IMG/VR virus record: IMGVR_UViG_3300023184_000088
Span: 56,615-76,614 of that record
Reading direction: 5' to 3' (one strand)
Length of the DNA: 20,000 bases
From: an uncultured virus (IMG/VR IMGVR_UViG_3300023184_000088)
Lineage: Duplodnaviria; Heunggongvirae; Uroviricota; Caudoviricetes
Of the stretch, positions 1-10,364 are shown piece after piece. Positions within the stretch are counted from its first letter, which is position 1. Each line of letters begins with the position of its first letter. The position numbers and the translations under genes were made by a program. The notes under the pieces were generated by a model that had not been told where the DNA came from, made no database searches, and saw nothing but the letters and a program-made list of their open reading frames with translations.

Positions 1-48
1 TTTGAATTCTGATGAAGATATTTCTAATAATGTTATTAATTTTTTCAT
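1..48 (-). CDS. 5' fragment of a hypothetical protein running off the window (MKKLITLLEISSSEFK...)
   Basis: ATG at 48 directly after the stop of the 50..655 ORF; open to the window edge. Confidence 0.5.
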   Translation of the reverse strand, partial: MKKLITLLEISSSEFK

Positions 49-49
49 A

Positions 50-655
50 TTATTGTTGTAGATGGTTCATTAAGACACCACCCAATGAGGCTGAATACAT
101 TTTTAAATGTTGGATATCTTCTTCGTCAAGTTTAGTTTTTCTTTTTGTATAATCTAAACCTAATGTTCCAATATACTTTCCGTCAATGGATTTGATTGGG
201 AATAAGTATCCGGATTTACATCCGGTATCTTCAGCAACATATTTTAACCCAAAAGTCGCTATTGTTTCATCTTTATAATCTGCAATTTCAATAGATTCGT
301 TCTCTAATAAATAGTTGATAGATTTTGAAAATAAATTAACGGGGATATTTTGGAAGTTTGATTGGATGGATGAAACACCGGTTTTTACTGTTTCGTAGAT
401 AACGCTAAACTTAGCCATTGATTTACCTGTTGGGTAAAAATTTCCACCATTATGAAATTGAGTCACCCAAACTCTATCGGGTTTTAATTCGTCTTTGATA
501 CGGTCCAATTTAGTCATTACTAACTCACTAACTTTTAAAGTTTCTAAAACCATATCAGGTTTTTGACTCTTTTTATCTAATTTATTTTTAATAAATAATA
601 ATATAACTGGTCCTAAAACTCCCGTGATAAACGCTACTATTACTGATGTACTCAT
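50..655 (-). CDS. Single-TM protein with C-terminal GAF-like domain; candidate T4-T-like holin
   Basis: N-terminal hydrophobic helix (VIVAFITGVLGPVILLFI); GAF-like pattern DRVWVTQFHNGG...YLFPI...IGTLGLDY. Confidence 0.55.
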   Translation of the reverse strand: MSTSVIVAFITGVLGPVILLFIKNKLDKKSQKPDMVLETLKVSELVMTKLDRIKDELKPDRVWVTQFHNGGNFYPTGKSMAKFSVIYETVKTGVSSIQSNFQNIPVNLFSKSINYLLENESIEIADYKDETIATFGLKYVAEDTGCKSGYLFPIKSIDGKYIGTLGLDYTKRKTKLDEEDIQHLKMYSASLGGVLMNHLQQ

Positions 656-691
656 AATTTGTTAATATATCAAGATAAATAGTTTAAAAAT

Positions 692-721
692 AAAAAAAGT
701 GAGGACAATTCCTCACTTTTA
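692..721. terminator. Rho-independent terminator after the RNA ligase gene
   Basis: aaaagtgagg-acaatt-cctcactttt inverted repeat flanked by A/T tracts. Confidence 0.7.
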
Positions 722-731
722 GTCATTTTTC

Positions 732-1757
732 CTACAATTTTTTAAATTCCGGTTTGATTAGATTCCATATAATTTCGGAGTAATCTTTACGGTCAAACAT
801 CCTAAATAAAATACCTGATAAATGTTTAGGTTGTTGTGATACCCACTCAGCATACTCTTTTCTATCTGTGATGGGTTCTTTGTCGTTATATTTACCATAC
901 ATTTTACCATCAAATTTTTTACCAGCATCTTCAGATATTTGGAAATAAAAATACCTTAATTCTTTTACATAATTTTTAATTTTGGTGTAAAATTCATCCG
1001 GAACATCTTTTAATAATTCCATTACATCTTCACCATTTTTTAAATATTCCCATATACCTGTTGTAGACACATTGGTCATAATTTTATGAAGACGAAGATA
1101 CTCAACACCTTTTACTTTAACTCTATCTCCATTTGAGAACTTCACCACGAACCCCTCTTGGTCGTTTTTAACCATTTCTTTTAATTGTTGGTAGTCCTTG
1201 ATACCATCGTATTTTTTAACCACATCAAAACCCCACTCATCCCAATCTGACATGTCATAATCTTTACCCCAATTATCGAATGCTCCCAATAGGACCAGTT
1301 TCTCTTCACCTTTATAATCCAAAACAATTCTGTTTTCCGGGTAGATAATCTCAAAACAAAATGTCATATGTCTAAACATTATGTCTGTATTGTATTTCTT
1401 TAAGAGTTCTCTCGCTTTGATTGCTTGGTCTGATGTAAATGAACCACGAGTGGCAACCACCCATTGACCTTCATACCAAAATACGATACCTAATGAACCA
1501 TCCATTTTTTCATAAACTTCAAAGGTTTCAGTAGGAGTATATTTTCCTTCCTCAATATTAAAGAATTTTTTAAATGGTGTTGCAACAATATCTCCTTTGT
1601 CGTCAGTAACTAAACCTCTTGTACTAAGAGTCACCTCATCCCACAGGTTCTCGTACTGAACTTTTTCAGAGTAGTTCCATATGGTTAATGGGAGTGTTGG
1701 ATGTACTTGTTTGTAAAGTAATCCGTCTTCGTAATATTTGTTTAGTTTTTCTAACAT
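732..1757 (-). CDS. RNA ligase, T4 Rnl1 (RnlA) family
   Basis: KFFN, motif I EKMDGSLG, TRGSF, motif IV EGFVV, motif V RVKVK..EY. Confidence 0.9.
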   Translation of the reverse strand: MLEKLNKYYEDGLLYKQVHPTLPLTIWNYSEKVQYENLWDEVTLSTRGLVTDDKGDIVATPFKKFFNIEEGKYTPTETFEVYEKMDGSLGIVFWYEGQWVVATRGSFTSDQAIKARELLKKYNTDIMFRHMTFCFEIIYPENRIVLDYKGEEKLVLLGAFDNWGKDYDMSDWDEWGFDVVKKYDGIKDYQQLKEMVKNDQEGFVVKFSNGDRVKVKGVEYLRLHKIMTNVSTTGIWEYLKNGEDVMELLKDVPDEFYTKIKNYVKELRYFYFQISEDAGKKFDGKMYGKYNDKEPITDRKEYAEWVSQQPKHLSGILFRMFDRKDYSEIIWNLIKPEFKKL

Positions 1758-1761
1758 AATT

Positions 1762-1899
1762 TTATTTTTTCTTTTTCTTTTTTTTAATAGGTCTTTCAGG
1801 TCTTTCTAAATATCTTGGGGGTAAAGGGATTTGTCTTCCCCCTCTGAATACACATCCATTTCCCATCATGAGGAAGGACCAAATAAACCACCCTATCAT
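1762..1899 (-). CDS. Small basic hypothetical protein (45 aa, MIGWFIWSFLMMGNG...KKKKKK)
   Basis: ATGA overlap with the kinase stop codon; fills the gap before the ligase. Confidence 0.4.
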   Translation of the reverse strand: MIGWFIWSFLMMGNGCVFRGGRQIPLPPRYLERPERPIKKKKKKK

Positions 1900-2288
1900 A
1901 ATTTTATTTCAAATCTATCTTTCATTTGGACTAATTTATCCTCCGGAACTCCGTGTTCATTGACACCACCGTGTCTATTTTCCACAATGATGGAGAATAC
2001 TTTATACCCGTATTTTGCTGCCAAGTCATAATATGGTTGCATTTCCCACTCTTGTGTGAATGTATTAGACACCACAACTTTATGTTCGTATTTCATCAAA
2101 AAATCAACTTCTTCTTGACACCAAGCGTGAGCATCTTTAATTTCAGATGGTTTGAAATTATAATTTCCATCTCTATCCACAAAGAACATATCGGCTTCTT
2201 TGACATACCCTTTATTACCGGCAATAGATTTTGCCAATGTTGATTTACCACTTCCTGGTAATCCTCTCAATAAAAATAACTCTTTCAT
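1896..2288 (-). CDS. P-loop kinase (AAA_33 / polynucleotide kinase-like)
   Basis: Walker A RGLPGSGKST, EADMFF, AHAWCQ, VVVSNTF, HGVP; no fused phosphatase domain. Confidence 0.85.
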   Translation of the reverse strand: MKELFLLRGLPGSGKSTLAKSIAGNKGYVKEADMFFVDRDGNYNFKPSEIKDAHAWCQEEVDFLMKYEHKVVVSNTFTQEWEMQPYYDLAAKYGYKVFSIIVENRHGGVNEHGVPEDKLVQMKDRFEIKL

Positions 2289-2289
2289 T

Positions 2290-2571
2290 TTAATTTTTTA
2301 AATATTTCACAATCTTTTCAATTCCTTCGGTATCATCCGAATTAATAATAAATTCATCAAACGCTCCGTACTTACATTGATAACCAAAAATATATTTCAA
2401 ACCATAACTAACTCTTTCCCAAAAAGGTCGTTTAGTTAAATGAGTGTGGATATATACCATTGGATGTTTCACACCATCAATTTCGTCTTCATCATACATT
2501 ACCACCATTTGATGTTCTGTGTTATGACAAGAACAGATGAATAAATCTTTTTGTGTTTGTTTAATTTTCAT
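2290..2571 (-). CDS. Hypothetical protein
   Basis: ORF in a tightly packed operon; CxC-H motif. Confidence 0.7.
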   Translation of the reverse strand: MKIKQTQKDLFICSCHNTEHQMVVMYDEDEIDGVKHPMVYIHTHLTKRPFWERVSYGLKYIFGYQCKYGAFDEFIINSDDTEGIEKIVKYLKN

Positions 2572-3064
2572 GTTTTTTTAATCTTTTTTTTATTTTTTTT
2601 AACACTATTTTATCATTCGCAGCATCTTTTAGTGAATTATATTTAGTGTAGGATTCTTTAGTTAGTTTTAATAACTCAATACTTTCTTCATCCGATAAAT
2701 CAAATAAAATATGACCACAAATTACTTTTGTTATAAATCTATAAGTCGTAACTGTTGTCCAAAACTTTTTTAATCCAAAATATTTTGTCTTATAAATCTC
2801 ATCCGCAGAACTATAATCCCACTGCGTATAAACTCTAATATCGGGTTCACCATCTTCAAATTTTAAAGTAAACTCCATTATATCGGGACTTATGTGTTCT
2901 GATTTGTCATAATTCTCTTTAACTTTAAACCGCTTTGTAACGTATGGTGATGGACTATAACTACCACAATATATGTGATTAGCAAAATAACAATTGTGAA
3001 AAATATTTTCACCACCCACATTCTCTAATTCTTTGTGAATTAATTCTAAAATTTTTTCTTTCAT
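2561..3064 (-). CDS. Hypothetical protein
   Basis: Likely start MKEKIL overlapping the upstream stop. Confidence 0.7.
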   Translation of the reverse strand: MKEKILELIHKELENVGGENIFHNCYFANHIYCGSYSPSPYVTKRFKVKENYDKSEHISPDIMEFTLKFEDGEPDIRVYTQWDYSSADEIYKTKYFGLKKFWTTVTTYRFITKVICGHILFDLSDEESIELLKLTKESYTKYNSLKDAANDKIVLKKIKKRLKKHEN

Positions 3065-3324
3065 CTTATTTTTACTTCTATTAATTTTTTTCTTAACCAT
3101 TCTTCATTAACATAATCCGGTCTTTCCCCCAAAATAATTTCATCTATTGTCTCCCCAAGGATTTCCATTAACATTGATTTAATTTCTGATGGAGCGTCCA
3201 TTGGTACATATGAAAAACAATCTTGTATCATCTCGTAAGTCAATGGTACCTCAATAATCACTCGCTTGGGGATTAAATTCCCCTTTTCATCAAAATGGGA
3301 TTCTTCAATTCTCGTGTTATACAT
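3061..3324 (-). CDS. Hypothetical protein
   Basis: Likely start MYNTR just after the phosphoesterase stop. Confidence 0.65.
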   Translation of the reverse strand: MYNTRIEESHFDEKGNLIPKRVIIEVPLTYEMIQDCFSYVPMDAPSEIKSMLMEILGETIDEIILGERPDYVNEEWLRKKLIEVKIR

Positions 3325-3325
3325 A

Positions 3326-3988
3326 TTATTTTCTTTTTTTACCGTCTTCAGTTTCAATCTCATCCGTGTGGTGGTCAAATAACATATCTGACACAATATC
3401 ACGTTTATCCATTATTCTTATTATATCATCCATATCATATACTCCAAAATTTGGGTGACCATCCATACCAACATCCATTTTCTTACCTTTACCAAATCTT
3501 AAATTTGTTGGTAAGTGAACGTGTCCATGGAGATGAATAACACCTCTATTCAAGTTCTCCCAAGAAGCTATTGGATAATGAAATAATTCAAATGTTTTGA
3601 ATTTGTATGTCATAATATCTGAACGAGAAACACTTGCAAATAACTCCTGACAATCACCTCTGTTGTTTTGAATGTGGTGGTCGTGATTACCTAATATAAG
3701 GTGAATCTCTTTACACACAATTCTATCTCTGAATTTTTGGATGTTTTCAAATCCCCCGAAGCTCCAATCCCCAAGATGAATTAACACATCATCTTCACCA
3801 ACAACACTATTAATGTTATTAACGATTGTTTCGTTCATCTGTTCTATTGTATTAAAATCTCTCGTTTGAGATATCGGAATACTACCATCAGGGAGACGCC
3901 ATTCGGTCACTCCTCTACATATGTTTTTGTGTCCGTAGTGTGTATCGGACGTAACAAAAACTTTTCTATCTTTATCTATCTTAATCAT
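3326..3988 (-). CDS. Calcineurin-like metallophosphoesterase
   Basis: SDTHYGH, LGD, GNHD, FHYP, HGHVH motifs. Confidence 0.9.
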   Translation of the reverse strand: MIKIDKDRKVFVTSDTHYGHKNICRGVTEWRLPDGSIPISQTRDFNTIEQMNETIVNNINSVVGEDDVLIHLGDWSFGGFENIQKFRDRIVCKEIHLILGNHDHHIQNNRGDCQELFASVSRSDIMTYKFKTFELFHYPIASWENLNRGVIHLHGHVHLPTNLRFGKGKKMDVGMDGHPNFGVYDMDDIIRIMDKRDIVSDMLFDHHTDEIETEDGKKRK

Positions 3989-4478
3989 ACTGCAAATGTA
4001 GTTCTTTTTTTCCAAACCAAAAAGGTTTTTCTCTATTTTTCCAAGAGGCTAAATTAATTTTAGCACCCATATAATAATTTCTATAAGATTCCACAACAGA
4101 ATCCACCTTAAACTCATCCGGCATTGCCATTGCTGGTTGAGTAAAACCAATATCCGGAATGTTTGGTTTATTAATGATACACCAATTAATCACATCTATT
4201 GATTTGTGTCTTTTACCATACCTGTGGGTATATTCCTTCCCAAGTTCTAACCCCAATTCACACAAATACAAATAATTTGATAAACTCTGACGAGCCCACA
4301 CCGCACAAGGGTGATTTTTATGAGACAACTTGTACGGTACTTGGTCGTTAACTTGGTCGGTTACGTGATGAACGCTACATAATAATTGAGCGGTTTCCAA
4401 AATCATTTTCACTACGTGTTTATCTACGTGGTATTGAGCCGATAGTTTAGGATTCTCATCCAAGAAAAATATATTCAT
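3981..4478 (-). CDS. Pyrimidine-dimer DNA glycosylase / endonuclease V-like family protein
   Basis: MNIFFLD...DKHVVKMILETAQLL...HKNHPCAVW...AMPD...YRNYY signature. Confidence 0.75.
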   Translation of the reverse strand: MNIFFLDENPKLSAQYHVDKHVVKMILETAQLLCSVHHVTDQVNDQVPYKLSHKNHPCAVWARQSLSNYLYLCELGLELGKEYTHRYGKRHKSIDVINWCIINKPNIPDIGFTQPAMAMPDEFKVDSVVESYRNYYMGAKINLASWKNREKPFWFGKKELHLQYD

Positions 4479-4948
4479 TATACATGTGGTATTTTGACTC
4501 TTACACAAGTTTGTGCTTGACCCTCGTTCATATAAAAATTATTTAAATAACCCATAATATTTGCACTTCCAATTGGATTAGCCGAATGAACATATACAGT
4601 TGGAAAAACAAATTTATCTATTTTTCTCTCACTTCTTGTCATATTAAACCTTCCCTCGTTTGTATTGTGGAATAATGCAACCAAGAATTTGGCAGCATCA
4701 TATCCGGTTTTTTCGTTAATATTGTTATAATCCAAAGTATAGTTCGGAGAAACATTACCATAATACTCTTTCATCGCAGAATCACCTAAATCGTGGTCCA
4801 GGGAGATTGTACTAACATTTTCTAAACCAATTTTGTTAACTTCGTTAACAAATTCATCATAATCTCTAACAACAACCCAATCATCTCCGGTTGGAGTTCT
4901 TACATCATCGAGATAAATTCTACAAGTTGTTTTCATATTATTTTCCAT
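4478..4948 (-). CDS. Cyclic-phosphate-processing receiver-like domain protein
   Basis: IYLDDVR, ISLDHDLG, TGYDAAKFL, VHSANPIG motifs. Confidence 0.75.
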   Translation of the reverse strand: MENNMKTTCRIYLDDVRTPTGDDWVVVRDYDEFVNEVNKIGLENVSTISLDHDLGDSAMKEYYGNVSPNYTLDYNNINEKTGYDAAKFLVALFHNTNEGRFNMTRSERKIDKFVFPTVYVHSANPIGSANIMGYLNNFYMNEGQAQTCVRVKIPHV

Positions 4949-4965
4949 ATCACATTATTTAGATG

Positions 4966-4973
4966 CAAATATA
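4966..4973 (-). promoter_or_regulatory. Bacteroidota-type -7 promoter element (TATATTTG) upstream of the RNA-repair operon
   Basis: Matches TAnnTTTG, 17 nt upstream of the ATG at 4948; no clear -33 box. Confidence 0.5.
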
Positions 4974-5019
4974 ATAATTTTTTTTTTAATAAAAAAACTA
5001 TTTATATTAAAATGTTAGT

Positions 5020-7914
5020 ATGAATGGTCAAAAATTAGAAATTATAAATAACGGTAATTCAAAAATAACAATAAAGTATCAAAACTTTAATGATTCTTCG
5101 TGGAAGACTGGGGTAGTATTAAACCCTAAACAATCTAAAACCATATGGTGTTTTAAAGGGACGTTTTCACATACGTTAGGTAAATTAAAAATTATCTCAA
5201 ATGTTAACTGGCCCGAAACAAATATTGTTTCATCACCTATTTGTGTTTTACCCAATAATTTAAGTCCCATTGATATTTTAAAATCTGTTATCTTGGAAAA
5301 TCCGAGTGAAGTAATAACGTTTGATTTAACTATTGGACCAATTTGTTATTGGATAAATTTACAAAATAGTCCGTCTTACACCAATAGAAACGCAAAAACT
5401 ACCTCTTACTCTAACTATAGTTATGATACCCAACAGATGATTATGTATAACAAAAATAATGGTTGTATCGTATCTAATGGTTATTATATGTCAAATGATT
5501 TGTTATCAGCTCAAAAAGGGGTGATAACAATAGTTGACACGGGAGATATTTGTCAAATACCTACACCTACACCAACACCAACAAACACTCAAACACCAAC
5601 AATAACCCCAACAATAACTCCAACAAAAACAATAACCCCAACAATAACATCAACCCCAACGATAACACCAACGCCAGGTCTTGAACATTATTTAAGACTA
5701 ACCTTTAATAATATTGGAAGTATAAACTCATTAGTTGGTGACCCAACAGACGTTACAAATTGGAATAATTTTTTTGATTTACCATATTATGGTAATGATT
5801 TCTCATCAGTTACCATCAATGATGTAAATGTATTATTATTTGGTGGTAGTGACATTATGATAAAAAGTGGTTTATTTAATAATAACAATTCGTTAATAGA
5901 AATTGTTGATGAGCTTAATTGTATTACTCAAATTGGTATTAGCGGATTTTCATCTTGTTTAAACCTAACAACAATTATTCTACCAAATAGTCAATATTGT
6001 AATACTAATTGTTTTAATATAACACCAAAGGTTAACTATATTAGTTTACCAAATCTTAAAACCGCAGGTGAACAAACATTCGGGGGGGTGATAATGTTAA
6101 CCAATTTATCTTTACCAAAATTAATAAATTCTGGTGAATATTGTTTTTATTCCTGTAATAATATCACAAATTTTAATCTACCAAATTTAATTTCTATAGG
6201 TAATAATGGTTTTGATAATTGCGCATCAATGACGGAATTATATATACCATCAATTTTATCTTTAGGTGATAGTGTAGATAATGAGAATGTTTTTAATGGT
6301 ATAACCGGAAAAACAATAAATCTAACAGTTTCATCGTATATTATGACATGTAATGATGGATATCCGGATGGTGATATACAATATCTATTATCTAATAATA
6401 ATGTTACTATCATAACAATCGACATAACGCCAACCCCAACACCAACTCAAACCCCAACTCAAACTCCAACAATAACCCCAACAAACACTCAAACACCGAC
6501 AAAAACCCCAACAAATACTCCAACAAACACTCGAACACCTGGGTTATCATCAACTCCAACAAACACCCCTACAAAAACGACTACAAATACACCAACAAAC
6601 ACACCAACTAATACCGTAACACCAACAAACACACTAACACCAACAAACACACCTACAAATACGCCAACTAATACCGTAACACCAACAAATACTGTTACAC
6701 CAACAAATACCCCTACATCACTATCACCTACAGGTAGTGTATGTGTTAGTGGTGCTGGAAGTGGGGTAAATGGTACGTATATATATTTTGGAACTCAAAT
6801 AGTAAACGGATTTACTAGACCAATGTACGAATATGGTTATTTCAATGTTATACCTGTATCTACTTCAGGAGTAACAGTGTGGGCTATATATAACTATAAT
6901 GATGAGGAAACTTATTATTATGGTAACACTACACCTATACCACAATATCCTTATCAGGAAACCTCGTGGAGAATAGTAACTGTTGGTGTTCTACCGTTAC
7001 CCACAGTTAACGCGTCTGCTTGTACAGGACCTACACCTACACCAACAATAACACCCACTGTTACCCCAACAAACACACCAACTAACACTCAAACACCAAC
7101 AAACACACCAACAAATACTCAAACACCAACAAATACTCTAACTCCGACACCTACAAAAACACCTACAAATACCCCAACAAACACACCGACTAACACTCAA
7201 ACACCAACAATAACACCGACACCTACTAAAACACCTACAAAAACACCGACTAATACACCAACACCAACATTAACACCTAATATAGTTTACACATCTGTAA
7301 CAATTTATAGTCAAATATGGACAAATAAAAATTTAGATGTTTCAACATACAGAGATGGAACGGTAATACCTCAAGTAACCGACCCAACCGAATGGTCAGA
7401 ATTAACCGTTGGTGCTTGGTGTTATTTTAATAATAATTCAACAACAGGAGCAACGTATGGTAAGTTATATAATTGGTATGCTGTTGCTGGTATCGATGGT
7501 AGTGGAATACCAAGAAATTTAGCTCCTGTAGGTTGGCATGTCCCATCAAATAATGAATGGTTTACGTTAGTGAATAATTTTGTTTATATTGAAGATGATG
7601 GTTCCTGTCCTTATTGTTTTGATGGGTATAATAATTATAATCCAATCTCAGGACAATATTTAAAAGAAAGTGGAACAACTCACTGGTATGGTGTTAACAT
7701 TTCAAATAATTACACAAAGTTTACGGCACTTCCAGGCGGTTATCGTGGGGTGGATGGTGGTTTTGGATTACTAGGACTTAGTGGTTACTGGAGAACTTTA
7801 GATTATGCCAGCCCAGGAATAATTATATATATGAATAATGGGGATAGTTCAGTAAGTTATGATTTGAGTGAGGATAATGAAGGTTATTCGGTCCGATTAA
7901 TTAAAGATTATTAA
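5020..7914 (+). CDS. Modular surface/virion protein: Pro/Thr linkers, BspA-type leucine-rich repeats, C-terminal Fibrobacter succinogenes major paralogous (FISUMP) domain
   Basis: Three (TPTN/TPTI)n tracts; LPNLxxIG..F..C repeats; [52 protein letters not shown]. Confidence 0.8.
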   Translation: MNGQKLEIINNGNSKITIKYQNFNDSSWKTGVVLNPKQSKTIWCFKGTFSHTLGKLKIISNVNWPETNIVSSPICVLPNNLSPIDILKSVILENPSEVITFDLTIGPICYWINLQNSPSYTNRNAKTTSYSNYSYDTQQMIMYNKNNGCIVSNGYYMSNDLLSAQKGVITIVDTGDICQIPTPTPTPTNTQTPTITPTITPTKTITPTITSTPTITPTPGLEHYLRLTFNNIGSINSLVGDPTDVTNWNNFFDLPYYGNDFSSVTINDVNVLLFGGSDIMIKSGLFNNNNSLIEIVDELNCITQIGISGFSSCLNLTTIILPNSQYCNTNCFNITPKVNYISLPNLKTAGEQTFGGVIMLTNLSLPKLINSGEYCFYSCNNITNFNLPNLISIGNNGFDNCASMTELYIPSILSLGDSVDNENVFNGITGKTINLTVSSYIMTCNDGYPDGDIQYLLSNNNVTIITIDITPTPTPTQTPTQTPTITPTNTQTPTKTPTNTPTNTRTPGLSSTPTNTPTKTTTNTPTNTPTNTVTPTNTLTPTNTPTNTPTNTVTPTNTVTPTNTPTSLSPTGSVCVSGAGSGVNGTYIYFGTQIVNGFTRPMYEYGYFNVIPVSTSGVTVWAIYNYNDEETYYYGNTTPIPQYPYQETSWRIVTVGVLPLPTVNASACTGPTPTPTITPTVTPTNTPTNTQTPTNTPTNTQTPTNTLTPTPTKTPTNTPTNTPTNTQTPTITPTPTKTPTKTPTNTPTPTLTPNIVYTSVTIYSQIWTNKNLDVSTYRDGTVIPQVTDPTEWSELTVGAWCYFNNNSTTGATYGKLYNWYAVAGIDGSGIPRNLAPVGWHVPSNNEWFTLVNNFVYIEDDGSCPYCFDGYNNYNPISGQYLKESGTTHWYGVNISNNYTKFTALPGGYRGVDGGFGLLGLSGYWRTLDYASPGIIIYMNNGDSSVSYDLSEDNEGYSVRLIKDY
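6424..6717 (+). repeat. Coding tandem repeats (TPTN/TPTQ linker); similar tracts near 5560-5675 and 7030-7280
   Basis: Repeated acaccaacaaac-type units. Confidence 0.85.
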
Positions 7915-7918
7915 TAAT

Positions 7919-7948
7919 AAACCCCCTCTGAAAAGAAGGGGTTTTTTT
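7919..7948. terminator. Terminator between convergent genes
   Basis: aaacccc-ctctgaaaagaa-ggggttttttt hairpin with U tract. Confidence 0.75.
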
Positions 7949-7974
7949 ATGAAACCTTGTTATTTGTTTATTTT

Positions 7975-8814
7975 TTAAAATTTAGTTCCACAAGAAGAAC
8001 AAAATTTATCAGAATCTTTTTTTCTTTTTTTACCACAATTACCACAATAAACTTTTAAATCTTTATTGTCATATTGTTTTTGTGATTCAGGTAATATCTT
8101 CCATATAGAAGTAGAACATGCGTAGTGATTAAACGATTTATTTACCGTTTGGAATGATTGGTCACTTTTACCACCTTTCTCAACTCTACCGGTCTCTAAT
8201 GAATCCATAGTGACCTCTTTTTTACCACCGATATTTAAATTTCCCGATGAGGTATTAAACATTACTGAATTAATCCCCGCTGTTAATGTACTGTACGATG
8301 CCGTTCCGGTTGTTGAACCAGCAAACCCATTAGTTGTAAATGTAACTCCACCAGTATTTGTTGTGTGGGTAATTTGTTGAAATGACCCACCCGTGTTTGT
8401 GGAATAAGTTGGTCCACCAAATGAACCACCACAATAACTAATATTATTTGTCCACACCGGTTGTTTATACTCATCAAAGAAGTCAATAACAACATCCCCA
8501 TTTCCGGAGATGGCATCCAACACCTCATTTGATGTTCCGTCAACCTCATAAGTTTCAAACTTGAATTTACGAGCATCGTCAAGATATCTCTCAAGGAAAA
8601 TTCGTTGTCCCGGTTTAAGAACAATTCCTCCTCCGGAGATATAATTTCCGTCAAGTTTAATTTTAGATAATACTGTGTTAGTGGAGGGATTAAACAATTC
8701 TAGTTCAAATTCATCCCCATTTTTAAGATAGACATTTTGTCCAACTTGTTTAAGACGTTTTTTGTCTTTTGTAATGTAGGCACAAGGCGTACCTGTTTTT
8801 GTTTGGTAATACAT
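7975..8814 (-). CDS. Hypothetical protein with C-terminal zinc ribbon
   Basis: YCGNCG...KFCSSCG; low-complexity Gly/Thr central region. Confidence 0.8.
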   Translation of the reverse strand: MYYQTKTGTPCAYITKDKKRLKQVGQNVYLKNGDEFELELFNPSTNTVLSKIKLDGNYISGGGIVLKPGQRIFLERYLDDARKFKFETYEVDGTSNEVLDAISGNGDVVIDFFDEYKQPVWTNNISYCGGSFGGPTYSTNTGGSFQQITHTTNTGGVTFTTNGFAGSTTGTASYSTLTAGINSVMFNTSSGNLNIGGKKEVTMDSLETGRVEKGGKSDQSFQTVNKSFNHYACSTSIWKILPESQKQYDNKDLKVYCGNCGKKRKKDSDKFCSSCGTKF

Positions 8815-9010
8815 AATTTCCTTATTTTATTTTTTATGTTTATTGAACTTCTCTTCGTTGGTATTAATTCCAACTCAAATGCCACTTTGGACACGAGAAC
8901 CTCAGCAACAAGGTTTCATTTATAATTATAAGGATGTTTTGTTTTTTGTGAACGATAAAGTAAAAATTACTCAATAAAATGGATTACTTTATTGAGCAAA
9001 AATAACTTTA

Positions 9011-9754
9011 TTAAAATGTCAGAACTTTTTTCTGCCATAAATCAAAAAAGTCGGGTCTTTTTATCATAGTCGACCAAATCTCAATTTCAGACATTCGATT
9101 TAACATATCATTTTCTTTTCTTAGTGACGACGGTAATTTAATCATAGTAGATAAGTCAGAACTTGATAATTTAACATTTGGTGTTGAGAATATTTGTTGC
9201 CACATATAAACGTCACTCCAAACATTTTTAGGGGCAGTCCTCCAACCAAACCTTAATTTTCGATATAAATCCATTGTGTGAGAAGCACCTGTTAAACTAA
9301 TTGCGTTTTGTTTAGGCTTTAAATGATAGTCAACCCATTTTTTATCTTTTAAGTTAATTCTTAAAACCTTTACAGCATTATTTAATTCTACCATAACAGG
9401 TAATGGATGTGCGAAGTCACTATCAACCAACATATCTTTCATTACCTCAACGTGCTTAGAAAATAAAAGGTCATCATCCCCAAGGTAAGTAACAATATCA
9501 GATTTTGATTCAGAAATAATTCTATGTCTAGCAACTTCATTTCTACTAATTCTTTTTGGTTCGTCCTCAAACCTAACTCTATCATCAGTTTTAATTATAT
9601 CACTAATAACATCTCTTGTATCATCAGTTACGCCATCACCAATAATAACTATATCCAAATCATCAACCGTTTGATTTTGTGCACTTTCAACAGAATATTT
9701 AAGTGTTGTGGGGTGATTATGTGTTGGAATAACCACCATAACTGATTTTACCAT
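9011..9754 (-). CDS. Glycosyltransferase family 2
   Basis: VVIPTHN, IIGDGVTD, YLGDDD (DxD). Confidence 0.85.
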   Translation of the reverse strand: MVKSVMVVIPTHNHPTTLKYSVESAQNQTVDDLDIVIIGDGVTDDTRDVISDIIKTDDRVRFEDEPKRISRNEVARHRIISESKSDIVTYLGDDDLLFSKHVEVMKDMLVDSDFAHPLPVMVELNNAVKVLRINLKDKKWVDYHLKPKQNAISLTGASHTMDLYRKLRFGWRTAPKNVWSDVYMWQQIFSTPNVKLSSSDLSTMIKLPSSLRKENDMLNRMSEIEIWSTMIKRPDFFDLWQKKVLTF

Positions 9755-10290
9755 CTAAAAGGAACAATATCTATCGCTTCATCAGATTCATAAGGTAAAT
9801 CAAGAGCGTCTGGTTTATCGTAGTTATACATTGAAGTTGGCATATTAATAATGAACGCCTCATTAGTTCCAATGTTTTTCCATCCGTGATATAAATTTGG
9901 AGAAATTGTTAATAAAGTCGGATTTTTTTCACTAACCTTAAATTCATTAACTAACCCATATGTTGGAGAATCAATTCTTCCATCATAAACAACAAAAGAA
10001 ACCAACCCTTTAACCACAAACAATCTATCTGAACTATTTTGGTGTAATCCCCATCCTCTAACTCTACCAATCTCAGTAGTTGTTAAATGAACGTGAACAA
10101 TAGGGTCAGTTATTTCTTCCCAATCAATTCTAGCAATCTCAGAAACAACACCATCATCGTGGGGTACAGGTCTAATATTTTTAATTGTTACACCATCAAT
10201 AAGTGTTTGACTTAAAGTCTTATTGTTAGTTACCGCAGATTGTTTTTGATGTAATCTGTCTAACCCAAAAATTTTTACTTCATTTTCCAT
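9748..10290 (-). CDS. dTDP-4-dehydrorhamnose 3,5-epimerase-like cupin (RmlC family)
   Basis: IDGV, RGWGLHQ, YDGRIDSPTYG, ISPNLYHGW. Confidence 0.8.
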   Translation of the reverse strand: MENEVKIFGLDRLHQKQSAVTNNKTLSQTLIDGVTIKNIRPVPHDDGVVSEIARIDWEEITDPIVHVHLTTTEIGRVRGWGLHQNSSDRLFVVKGLVSFVVYDGRIDSPTYGLVNEFKVSEKNPTLLTISPNLYHGWKNIGTNEAFIINMPTSMYNYDKPDALDLPYESDEAIDIVPFRW

Positions 10291-10336
10291 ATTTATCTTT
10301 TTTTTAATTATAAACAATAAAATATAAATAATAAAT

Positions 10337-10364
10337 AAAAAACCCCCAAGTTTCCTCGGAGGTT
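10337..10364 (-). terminator. Terminator at the 3' end of the tRNA array
   Basis: Minus strand AACCTCCGAG-GAAA-CTTGGGGGTT followed by U tract. Confidence 0.75.

Noticed and set aside
5560..7280. AC-rich repeats as a CRISPR array or DGR template
   Set aside because: They are in-frame Pro/Thr linkers with no unique spacers, and there is no cas gene, reverse transcriptase or TR/VR pair in the window
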